Below, one piece after another: positions 37,922 to 46,675 of a stretch of 64,000 bases of DNA (position 1 is its first letter; each line of letters begins with the position of its first letter). The notes under the pieces were generated by a model that did no database searches, was not told the origin of the DNA, and saw only the letters and a list, made by a program, of their open reading frames with translations. The DNA lies in contig OY759599.1 in assembly GCA_963662465.1 (NCBI GenBank), positions 1,856,001-1,920,000 of the forward strand, in the 5' to 3' direction. This stretch comes from Desulfatiglandales bacterium. Its GTDB lineage: Bacteria; Desulfobacterota; DSM-4660; Desulfatiglandales; Desulfatiglandaceae. A program made the translations under genes and the position numbers.

Positions 37922-38992
37922 TTGGATTGGGAATATTTTTTGGATAAACAGTGCGGACATCCGGAAAAAACACTTTTTCATTACACCACTGTTCCGGGTT
38001 TTAACGGAATTCTGGGTGATAACTGCCTTTGGGTCACGGATACCCGCTATTTGAACGACTTGGAAGAATACAGGCATATGGATCTTGATTATGATGAAAT
38101 GGAAGAATCTGGGATAAAACCAGAAGATTTCGAAATAGCTATTCGAAATGGAGAAACAGATTTCATTGCCTATGCGGTGAATATGTTTAACTGGGACCCT
38201 GGCGTATTCCCGGATGGTGGCCACCCGCTTTCTACGGCATGTGAAGCTGGATTTCTGGATGTGGCAAAAGAATTGGTTGCATGGGGGGCTGACATTCACG
38301 ACAAGGGTGAAGAACTGCCGACTCCGTTGATTTTTGCAGCGCAGAACGGGCATTCTCATATTGTTTCCTGGTTGGTGGAAAACGGAGTGGATCTCAATTA
38401 TCACCATGAAGAGATCGATACAAACGGGGACTGGGAATGGAGCGGATCCGCACTGGGAGAGGCCATCAGATATGGACATCTGGATATTGCCGAATACCTA
38501 GTGGACAAAGGTGCGGATATAAGTGCCCGGATGATAACAACATTTCAGGACCAATACGGCCTTCCGGGCCGTATGATTTGCAAGGCTTCATATCCCATCG
38601 TCGAATTTATGAAGCAGGAGAATTGCTATCTGTTTAATAAGGCTGTCAAACTGAATGCTCTGGAAAATTTGCTGGAAGAGGATCAGAAATCTTTATTGGA
38701 AATATGCATCTGCAAAGGAAGGCTCGATGAAGTTCGCTTGATATCTGAAAATCTACCAAAGCTTTTGAATCAGTACATAGAAACAGAAGACCAAGGCTGT
38801 CTGTTTCCGCTGGAACTTGCCGCAATTCATAAAAACAACGAAATATTCGCTCTCCTTCTGCAAGCAGGCGCAAGCCTGGGCATTCGAAATGAGGATGGAA
38901 CTTTCATATATGCGTTGGTAGCCGAAATCTGGCCTGAAAAGGCTGTAGAAATTCTTTCAGCCCTTGCCAAAGAAAATGCGGCTGAGACCTGA
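37922..38992 (+). CDS. Ankyrin-repeat protein with a short DUF2971-like N-terminus
   Basis: LFHYTT..GILG..LW..YLND.EE followed by TPLIFAAQNGH and AIRYGHLDIAEYLVDKGAD repeats. Confidence 0.8.
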   Translation: MDWEYFLDKQCGHPEKTLFHYTTVPGFNGILGDNCLWVTDTRYLNDLEEYRHMDLDYDEMEESGIKPEDFEIAIRNGETDFIAYAVNMFNWDPGVFPDGGHPLSTACEAGFLDVAKELVAWGADIHDKGEELPTPLIFAAQNGHSHIVSWLVENGVDLNYHHEEIDTNGDWEWSGSALGEAIRYGHLDIAEYLVDKGADISARMITTFQDQYGLPGRMICKASYPIVEFMKQENCYLFNKAVKLNALENLLEEDQKSLLEICICKGRLDEVRLISENLPKLLNQYIETEDQGCLFPLELAAIHKNNEIFALLLQAGASLGIRNEDGTFIYALVAEIWPEKAVEILSALAKENAAET

Positions 38993-39251
38993 TTATTGCC
39001 CTTTATGGAACGGCGTGGCAGTAGCATCCGTCGTATGTACTTGGCTATGGCTAATCACGGTCTGGGTGTGCCGGGGCGCTCGTTCCGGGATATGGATACT
39101 TTAAAGTGGTGTTGAGAGACCCAGGTGATGATGTAGGAGGTTGTAGACAGGAAGCACAAATATTACAAGCCGCTGAGATACCCGGAAAATTAAAACCGGA
39201 AATCATTGCCATTCTAAAGGACGCCGGTGCCATAATCGATGGAGATAATTC

Positions 39252-40292
39252 ATGACAGGATTCAACCCCAGATTCACCATAACCAACCGCATGACATCAG
39301 CCATCACCCAAATTGAACGTGCCCGGGGATTTCTGGAAGCCGCAAGATTATCCGATGACTGGGTGAGGGATATGGGAAATCAAGCCCTTATTAAAGAGGC
39401 CCATCATACAACCCACATCGAAGGGACGCGGTTGACCCTGGATCAGGCCGAACGTTTATGGAAAGGCGAAGCTGTACCTGAGGCCGATCCGGATGATACC
39501 CGCGAGCTGTTAAATTACCGTTCAGCCTTTGAGTTTGTTTCCACATGTCTGGATAGTGGAGATCCCATTACCGAAGGAATGATTCGAGGAATTCATCGAA
39601 AACTGGTAGAGGGCGTTCGTGGCGGAAAAGCTGATCCCGGTGCTTACCGACGGATACAAAATTATGTGGCAAATTCCAAAACAGGAGAGGTGATTTATAC
39701 CCCTCCATCCGCGGTTGACATACCTATCATGATGTCTGAAATGGTAAAATGGTTTAATTCGAATCTTGAAATCCATCCGGTTTTAATCAGTGGTATTGCT
39801 CAGTTCCAACTGGTCCATATTCATCCGTTTCTTGACGGTAATGGACGGACTTCAAGGCTATTATCGACCCTCTGTCTTTACAAGGCCGGATATGATTTTA
39901 AACGTCTGTTCACCATCAGTGAATATTATGATCGTGACAGGCCCACCTTCTATAAAAAAATCCAAAGCGTTCGTGAAAACGACATGGATATGACCGGATG
40001 GCTCGAATACTTCATTACCGGCCTTCAAACTCAGATGGTTGAGGTTAAGGAACGCGGGGAACAGGTGATTCAACGGGATGTTTTAAAGCAGAAACACAAC
40101 CTGAATGGGAGGCAAACAAAAGCAATTGAATACCTCCTCCAGTATGGCAGACTGACCATCCAGGATTATGAGGTGATGTGCCCAGAGGTCAACCGACGCA
40201 GTTTGCAACGTGATCTGAAAATAATGATTGAAAAAGAATTGCTTGCTGCTGAAGGCGCAACAAATCAGTTGGCCTATCTTTTAAGGATTTGA
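39252..40292 (+). CDS. Fic-family protein with C-terminal HTH
   Basis: [19 protein letters not shown] inhibitory-helix-like motif; RRSLQRDL. Confidence 0.95.
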   Translation: MTGFNPRFTITNRMTSAITQIERARGFLEAARLSDDWVRDMGNQALIKEAHHTTHIEGTRLTLDQAERLWKGEAVPEADPDDTRELLNYRSAFEFVSTCLDSGDPITEGMIRGIHRKLVEGVRGGKADPGAYRRIQNYVANSKTGEVIYTPPSAVDIPIMMSEMVKWFNSNLEIHPVLISGIAQFQLVHIHPFLDGNGRTSRLLSTLCLYKAGYDFKRLFTISEYYDRDRPTFYKKIQSVRENDMDMTGWLEYFITGLQTQMVEVKERGEQVIQRDVLKQKHNLNGRQTKAIEYLLQYGRLTIQDYEVMCPEVNRRSLQRDLKIMIEKELLAAEGATNQLAYLLRI

Positions 40293-40347
40293 ACTTGCGA
40301 CAACTTATGACAAAAACTTGCGACAAACTCATGACGGAACTCGCGAC
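40292..40347 (+). repeat. Five direct repeats of AACTYRYGAC
   Basis: Units start at 40292, 40302, 40315, 40326 and 40338. Confidence 0.85.
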
Positions 40348-40413
40348 ATTAGTATAATGGCTCATCGCGGATTGACGTGAAAACATTCCCGGAGGGGAAA
40401 AGTTGTATAGTCC

Positions 40414-40685
40414 GTAGGTCAGGTTGTCCCGCGTTCACATTTTTACCTCGAAATTTCGATTTTCATGCCAACCCCCATGAACGTACAAAATTCCACATGT
40501 CCACACGCGGGATTACCTGACATTGATTCGGCATAAACCGATAATCCCATTGGCGACGTTGGGGTGGTCGTAAGAATGTCAGGGAACGGCGCGTTGGGGG
40601 TTTTTCGGTCGTTTGATGGATTTCAACCCATTTGGGATTCAACAACGTCAGAGGAAAAAACTGGACGCGCCGCACCCTGACCTAC
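40414..40685. repeat. GTAG...CTAC-bounded REP/MITE-like structured element
   Basis: Ends gtaggtcaggttgtcccgcg and cgcgccgcaccctgacctac; internal complements cgcgggattacctgaca and tgtcagggaacggcgcg. Confidence 0.7.
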
Positions 40686-40773
40686 CGCGTGGGAAAAATA
40701 ACCATGGGATCGTCGGGTTCCGAATAAAAGAACGTGGTGGGTTCCTGTTCCGCTTTTCACGGTTTCACGGGAA

Positions 40774-41901
40774 TCAAATCAGCAGCGATTTCAAATAGTC
40801 CAATCCCCTGCGAATTTCCACTCCTTTCTTCTGTCTTTCTCTTTTCAGGCGGAGTACCAACTGCACGCCGGGAATGGCATATTTGTTGGTGAAGTAAATC
40901 AGGGCTTCAGTCGGTTCAGGATCGGATCGCTTAACTTCTATGAGCATTTCAGGGTTATCGTCATTTACAATGCAAAAATCCACTTCCTTCTTTTCTTTGG
41001 TCTTCATGTAATGTAAAGCGTAGGGGCGACCCTGAAAATCGATCAGGCCATATACATGCTTCAAGAGACATAGCGCCGTCATGTTCTCAAATTTTGACCC
41101 TTCATCTCCTTTCACCAGACCGGTATCAAAAAAATAAATTTTGGGTTCCTTCAAAAGGGATCGTGCAATATTTCGGGAAAATGGCTGAACCCGGAAGGTG
41201 ATGTATAAAGATTCCAGAATCCGCAGGTATTTTTTTACGGTATTGGGAGCAATCTGAATGTCCTCCGCAATGGACTGGTTCGAAATGGGAGAGCCGGTTC
41301 TTGCGCGCAACAAATCCAGAAGCAATTGCATCGCTCGAAAATCGTGAATTCTTTCAAAATCGAGAATATCCGTCCGAATCAGACCATCAATATACTGCAT
41401 CCTCCATCGGTCCGCATCCACCGGATTTTCCGCCAGAAACGGCTCCGGAAATCCTCCCCGAATGAGAAGATTTCCCGGGTCGACGGACCCGCCCACATGG
41501 GAGAGTTCAGCCGGGGAAAAAGGGAGCATGCGGTGCCTGAAAAATCTTCCTGCCAGGGAGTCACCGCCTTGTCGGAATGCCTCGAGTCTTGCGCTTCCGG
41601 TTACCAGAATCATCAGATGTTCCGGCTTGGTATCGTAAATACCCTTGAGATAGTTTTTCCACTCCGGCATTTTGTGCAGTTCATCCAGGACTAAGAGTTT
41701 CGTGGTATCCAGCCAGGCCTCGTGTCTTATGATTTCCCGGTCCTCGGCACTGTCATAATTTAGATAGACGTTCTCAGGAAAAGCTTTGGCAACGTCCTTT
41801 GCCAGCCAGGTTTTCCCCACCTGTCGGGGTCCTGTGAGGAAAACCATCTTTTTGGGCAAATCATTTAAAATGTAGTGCTTGTACTGTCGTTTCATTGGCA
41901 T
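40774..41901 (-). CDS. AAA_14-type ATPase with DUF4143 and C-terminal nuclease-like motif
   Basis: GPRQVGKT, LDELH, TGSA, GGFPE, KIYFFDTG, EVDF...IEVK. Confidence 0.9.
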   Translation of the reverse strand: MPMKRQYKHYILNDLPKKMVFLTGPRQVGKTWLAKDVAKAFPENVYLNYDSAEDREIIRHEAWLDTTKLLVLDELHKMPEWKNYLKGIYDTKPEHLMILVTGSARLEAFRQGGDSLAGRFFRHRMLPFSPAELSHVGGSVDPGNLLIRGGFPEPFLAENPVDADRWRMQYIDGLIRTDILDFERIHDFRAMQLLLDLLRARTGSPISNQSIAEDIQIAPNTVKKYLRILESLYITFRVQPFSRNIARSLLKEPKIYFFDTGLVKGDEGSKFENMTALCLLKHVYGLIDFQGRPYALHYMKTKEKKEVDFCIVNDDNPEMLIEVKRSDPEPTEALIYFTNKYAIPGVQLVLRLKRERQKKGVEIRRGLDYLKSLLI

Positions 41902-41919
41902 TTTCTCCGGAAGCGTTTA

Positions 41920-41983
41920 CGACCATTCTGCATCACTTTGCAAAAAAGTCAAGACTATCCCGCAAAGTAATGCAGAATGGTCG
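41920..41983. promoter_or_regulatory. 22-bp inverted repeat over the ATPase promoter
   Basis: cgaccattctgcatcactttgc ... gcaaagtaatgcagaatggtcg (1 mismatch), spanning a minus-strand TTGACT. Confidence 0.65.
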
Positions 41984-42170
41984 GAATTATCCGGATCGAA
42001 ATACAAACGCTTGCACCTGATCTTTCACACGAAATCCATAAATCATTGAAGTTGTGCCGGTCAAGAATCCCATTCTTCCGTCAAAACATGCTGACGGACA
42101 AGCTGCGGATGTTTATATTGTGCCCCAAAAAATATGAGGTAGAAAATGCTTATCGGCACCGTTATAGCCG

Positions 42171-42242
42171 GCATAACCATGCCTTCCACTCGGACGGGAA
42201 CACCGCTAGGCTCCGTTCCCACCGGTGAAAGCCACGTTAACT
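42171..42242 (+). other. attC-like integron recombination site
   Basis: GCATAAC...ttccactcggacgggaac / gttcccaccggtgaa...GTTAACT, a 72-bp imperfect palindrome. Confidence 0.75.
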
Positions 42243-42395
42243 GGCAAAAAATAAAAATCTTTCCTTCCATAATCAAACTTCCATGATTAGAATGAGGGAA
42301 AATCGCGTCAGGATAATCTCTGTGCGTCGCTCAAAAAAAGGTGAAAAGGATCTTTAAGCGGGTGATGCTGCTGTTGGCCAAGAAGAAATGCTGAG

Positions 42396-42454
42396 ATATA
42401 ACCCGCAAGGTTGAAAATATCGCGTATGGATATGGCAACAATGCTGTGTTATAA
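42396..42454 (+). other. Possible degenerate attC site
   Basis: ATATAAC ccgca..gttg / caac..tgc GTTATAA, 59 bp, just before the antitoxin RBS. Confidence 0.4.
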
Positions 42455-42475
42455 AGTAGTGGGGGAGGAAACATT

Positions 42476-42676
42476 ATGAGCCTTGAAGAGAAGATCATTC
42501 GGCATGTTCAGGAACTGTCCGAGTCAAAAAAGGCTGAAGTCCTGGATTTCGTCGAGCACTTAAGAAACAAGACTGAAGAAAGAGAGTGGTCCGAATTTTC
42601 ACTCTCATCAGCCATGAGTGGAATGGAAAATGAGGCGTTGCCCTATTCTCTCGAAGATATCAAGGAATCGTTTTAA
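42476..42676 (+). CDS. Probable antitoxin (DUF2281-like)
   Basis: KKAEVLDFVEHL; acidic 66 aa; TAATG-coupled to the toxin. Confidence 0.75.
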   Translation: MSLEEKIIRHVQELSESKKAEVLDFVEHLRNKTEEREWSEFSLSSAMSGMENEALPYSLEDIKESF

Positions 42677-43023
42677 TGATTTCAGAAGGCCAAATAGTTC
42701 TCTTTCGTTTTCCCCAAACAGATCAGCAGTCTGGAAAACTCCGCCCAGCACTTGTGGTTCGAAAACTGCCAGGCCGTTACGAAGACTGGCTTATTTCCAT
42801 GATATCGTCCCAGCTAAATCAGGAAGTAACCGGTTTCGATGAGATTATCTCTCCAGAAGATCCGGATTTTCAAGATTCTGGCCTAAAAATGGCCAGCCTT
42901 ATAAGAGTCGGAAGGCTTGCCGTGGCAACTACCAACATTCTTATGGGAAATATCGGGCGAATAAGCGAAGTTCGGTTGACAAGGATAAGACATAAGCTTT
43001 CCCAATGGCTCCAATCCACATAA
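42676..43023 (+). CDS. PemK/MazF-family toxin
   Basis: GQIVLFRFPQTD..GKLRPALVV, MISSQ, SGLKMASLIR. Confidence 0.88.
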   Translation: MISEGQIVLFRFPQTDQQSGKLRPALVVRKLPGRYEDWLISMISSQLNQEVTGFDEIISPEDPDFQDSGLKMASLIRVGRLAVATTNILMGNIGRISEVRLTRIRHKLSQWLQST

Positions 43024-43254
43024 CTCATGCGCCGGACGCGGCAGGATATCAGGCTGATAGTTCCAGCGAATTGTAGTGTGTAAGCGCAAGTAATGGAATT
43101 AAATATCCTGTTTATTTCCGATCCATTGCTCTCATATTTCTTGTTGCATTATTCTTGTAGATATTTGAAAATACAGCAAAAGACCAAAGGCGAATATTTA
43201 CAGGTGCTGCTATATTTTCCATGAAATTCCATGCAATTAACAGGATCAGAGGGC

Positions 43255-43340
43255 GGCCAACCAAACACTCCACCAGACGCCTGATAGTCCCGCGGTCCTA
43301 GCAGGGACCGGTGGAGGCGATGGCGAGCTTAACGTTAGAC
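43255..43340 (+). other. attC-like integron recombination site
   Basis: GGCCAAC...ctccaccagacgcc / ggcgatggcgag cttaac GTTAGAC with inner hairpin cggtcc/ggaccg. Confidence 0.7.
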
Positions 43341-43557
43341 TTAAAACGAACTGACCTATTCCGCCATTAAAAACGCCGACCAGGTCCTGAAACCTTAACC
43401 TTTCCCTCACCCCGTAAGAGAAACACCTACAAGCCCTTTTCAAAATTCCTACAAAAGAATCAGCAATTCGCCGATATTTTTCTGTTTTTGTTCAGGTTAG
43501 TCTCTACCCTGCCGTTTCGAAGAAATATTTTCAAACATCAGATTCCAGGAGAAAGCC

Positions 43558-44772
43558 ATGATCGATTTCAGCCTCACTGAGGAACAAAAACAGCTTCAGG
43601 AAACCGTTCGGCGGTTTGCCGTAAACGACGTACGTCCACTGGCCGTTGAAATCGACGGCATGGAAAATTCGGAAAGCCATTTCCCTCTGGAGCTGGTCAG
43701 AAAAGGGATGAAGTTGGGTCTGGGGAATGTGCTGATCGATGAGGCGTACGGCGGCTACGGGGGCAATCTTATGGATTATGCGCTGGTGGTTGAAGAACTG
43801 GGATACGGGGATGCGGGCATCGCCGATCTTTTCCTCGTAAACATCTCCCTGTCCCGTGTTCTGATCAAGGGGTGCAATGAACTTCAGAAAAAGAAGTGGC
43901 TCACGGCCATCTGCGAAGACGATTCCGGCGACTTCATCCTGGGGGGCGCCATGACCGAACCCTCGGGGGGTTCCGAAATCTTTTGTCCTCTTCCGGACCC
44001 CAAACTGGGTGTTCGAACCACGGCCGTCAGGAAAGGAAACGAATACGTCCTCAACGGGACCAAATGTTTCATTTCCAACGGGGGAGTTGCGAAAATCTAT
44101 CTGGTTCTGGCCAGAACGGACAAGGACGTCCCCAACAGCCAGGGTTGCAGCATATTCATTGTGCCCGATAAAACGCCGGGGCTCTCTTTCGGAACGCTGG
44201 AATCCAAAATGGGGCACCGTCTTTCTTCGGTCAGGGAAGTTATTTTTGAAGATGTTCATATTCCGGAAAGCAATCGGATCGGGGATGAAGGGCAAGGCGC
44301 TCAAATCCTTTTTGAGTGTTACGAGGGGAACGGGGTAGGCGTTGGGTCGAGCGCCGTGGGATTGTCTCGTGCCGCCTATGACGCCGCCCTCGGATATTCA
44401 AAGGAAAGGGTCATCTGGGGGCAACCCATTGCCCAATATGAATCCGTGGCATCACGACTGGTGGACATGCGAATGAAAATTGAAGCCTCCCGGGCATTGA
44501 TCTGGAAGCTGGCATGGGCCGCGGATCATCCGGAATTAAGCCGGGGATTGAGTCGACTGGGGGCCATGGCCAAGGTTTTTCCTTCCGGTTTTGTACGGGA
44601 AATTACCACCGGCGCCATGGATATCCTCGGGGGATACGGATACAGCCGGGAATACCCGGTAGAGAAGTATGTGCGCGATGCCATGCTCTTTCCCATTTAT
44701 GATGGCACCAATGATTTGTTGAAGCGGTTTATGGGGCAAATACTGCCGGAGGTTCCTTCGACAATTATTTAA
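43558..44772 (+). CDS. Acyl-CoA dehydrogenase
   Basis: AMTEPSGGS, LNGTKCFISN, GGYGYSREYPVEKYVRDA, IYDGTN. Confidence 0.93.
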   Translation: MIDFSLTEEQKQLQETVRRFAVNDVRPLAVEIDGMENSESHFPLELVRKGMKLGLGNVLIDEAYGGYGGNLMDYALVVEELGYGDAGIADLFLVNISLSRVLIKGCNELQKKKWLTAICEDDSGDFILGGAMTEPSGGSEIFCPLPDPKLGVRTTAVRKGNEYVLNGTKCFISNGGVAKIYLVLARTDKDVPNSQGCSIFIVPDKTPGLSFGTLESKMGHRLSSVREVIFEDVHIPESNRIGDEGQGAQILFECYEGNGVGVGSSAVGLSRAAYDAALGYSKERVIWGQPIAQYESVASRLVDMRMKIEASRALIWKLAWAADHPELSRGLSRLGAMAKVFPSGFVREITTGAMDILGGYGYSREYPVEKYVRDAMLFPIYDGTNDLLKRFMGQILPEVPSTII

Positions 44773-44820
44773 CAATAAACAATAAAGTCTGTTTTTTAAC
44801 CCAAAAAAGGAGAAGAAAAA

Positions 44821-45228
44821 ATGATTTCCATGAAAGATGCCAAAACCGGACAAGAGATGTTGGACTCATGGCAAAACCTGGTGGGAGATGGCGATATTGA
44901 AGACATCAAGGAGGTCTTCAATGTCTTTGCCGAAAAAATGCCCGAAATTCTCATGAACTTCACCCAGAGGCCCCTTGTGGAATCCCTGGAGAGAGGAACC
45001 CTGGAGCCCAAAACAAGAGAACTGGTGCTGGTGGGAATACTGGCTGCCATGGAATGCGGCCCCGGTCTCATCTTCCATATTCAGGGCGCCGTCAATGCGG
45101 GGGCCACGGAAAAAGAGATCCTGGAGGTCATTTTCCTTTCGGCGTATCAACATTGCAAGGTGAACGTCGCAGCCATCGGCCAGGGGGTGGCGGAAGGTTT
45201 TCGCCGCGCGGCCCTGATGAAAAAATAG
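44821..45228 (+). CDS. Carboxymuconolactone decarboxylase/AhpD-family protein
   Basis: LEPKTRELV...HIQGAVNAGATEKEILEV. Confidence 0.85.
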   Translation: MISMKDAKTGQEMLDSWQNLVGDGDIEDIKEVFNVFAEKMPEILMNFTQRPLVESLERGTLEPKTRELVLVGILAAMECGPGLIFHIQGAVNAGATEKEILEVIFLSAYQHCKVNVAAIGQGVAEGFRRAALMKK

Positions 45229-45296
45229 GCATATCCATGTGACCGAGCCGCCGCGGCGGTAAACGGGTTAATACCTACCGATAAAAGGAGGAAAAT

Positions 45297-46178
45297 ATGC
45301 TGTTTAGAAAATTGCATCCTTTTGATTACCACGAACCGGACACCCTGTCGGAGGCCGGGGAAATCCTGGCATCTCCGAACGTCACGGCGGCCATTCTTGC
45401 CGGCGGCGTCAGTCTGATCGACCAGATGAAACGCGGAATGCAACACCCGGACGTCATTTTAAGCCTTCATCGAATTAAGGACCTGAGGTTCGTGGAAACC
45501 TCCGATGGGACGCTCGGGATCGGCGCCCTTGCCACCCTGAAAGACGGCGAACGATCTTCGCTGGTCCGGGAACAATATGGATCTCTCTGGGATGCCATCC
45601 GCCAGATCGGATCGGTACAGGTCAAAACCATGGGCACCATTGTGGGCAACGTGGCCGCCTGTAATCCCGCATCCGACGTGGCCACGGCCCTGACCGCCCT
45701 GGGCGCCGAGATCAAGGTAGCGGGCCGGGGGGGAGAACGATCCATCCCCATCCAATTCTTTGCTGTCGACGTACGGAAAAACAGCCTTGAATCCGACGAA
45801 ATTGTTACCGAAATCAGAATCCCGGCCCCGGAAACCGGTTCGACCTGCGCCTTCCTGAACCTGGCGCGCACAAAGGAGGATATCGCCAAGGTGGCCGTAA
45901 GCGTCCATGCAGTCATCAAGGGCGGCATCATGGAAAATGTGCGTATCGCCCTGGGGGCCGTGGCGCCAATCATTCTGCGGGCATCCGCGGCCGAAGAAAT
46001 CCTCAAGGGAGAAAGACCCTCATTAACGGTAATTCAGGCGGCAGCGAGAGCCGCAGCCGAAAACGAGGGGGTCATTCCCATTACGGACTTGCGGTCAACG
46101 GCCCAATACCGTCGCGAGATGGTGGCGGTATTGACGGAAAGAGCCCTCTCAAAGGCTTTCAAAATCAATCTTAACTGA
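45297..46178 (+). CDS. Mo-hydroxylase (xanthine oxidase family) FAD subunit
   Basis: ILAGG, IGSVQVKTMGTIVGN, DLRSTAQYR. Confidence 0.92.
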   Translation: MLFRKLHPFDYHEPDTLSEAGEILASPNVTAAILAGGVSLIDQMKRGMQHPDVILSLHRIKDLRFVETSDGTLGIGALATLKDGERSSLVREQYGSLWDAIRQIGSVQVKTMGTIVGNVAACNPASDVATALTALGAEIKVAGRGGERSIPIQFFAVDVRKNSLESDEIVTEIRIPAPETGSTCAFLNLARTKEDIAKVAVSVHAVIKGGIMENVRIALGAVAPIILRASAAEEILKGERPSLTVIQAAARAAAENEGVIPITDLRSTAQYRREMVAVLTERALSKAFKINLN

Positions 46179-46197
46179 GCATAGGGAGGTTTCAGTC

Positions 46198-46674
46198 ATG
46201 AAAAAGATAAATGCCACATTCATTGTAAACAAAATTCCCTATGAAATACGCGTCGATGTCCATGCGCTGCTCATTGAAGTCCTGAGGGATGAATTGGGAT
46301 ATGGATTCAAAGGGGTTCATGAAAGTTGCGGTTCCGGCGATTGCGGGGCCTGTACGGTTCTCCTGGACGGCGAACCGATTCTGTCATGCGTGACCCTGGC
46401 CGTCACGGCAAGGGACCGGGAAATTACCACCATTGAAGGCCTTGCCAGGGGCGGGGTGCTGGATCCCCTGCAAAAGGCCTTTGTGGATCACGGCGCCCTC
46501 CAGTGCGGGTATTGCACCCCCGGCATGATCCTCTCCGCCAAGGCCCTGTTGGGCGAAAATCCAGACCCAACGGAATACGAAGTCAAAAAAGCCCTTGCCG
46601 GGAATCTATGCAGGTGTACCGGTTATAACAAGATCATTGAGGCGGTACAGAGCGTGGCGAAAGGGGGAGCATAA
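46198..46674 (+). CDS. Mo-hydroxylase 2x[2Fe-2S] subunit
   Basis: CGSGDCGAC, QCGYC, NLCRCTGY. Confidence 0.95.
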   Translation: MKKINATFIVNKIPYEIRVDVHALLIEVLRDELGYGFKGVHESCGSGDCGACTVLLDGEPILSCVTLAVTARDREITTIEGLARGGVLDPLQKAFVDHGALQCGYCTPGMILSAKALLGENPDPTEYEVKKALAGNLCRCTGYNKIIEAVQSVAKGGA

Positions 46675-46675
46675 C

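Noticed and set aside
40292..40347. Possible CRISPR array
   Set aside because: Units are 10 bp with 0-3 bp gaps
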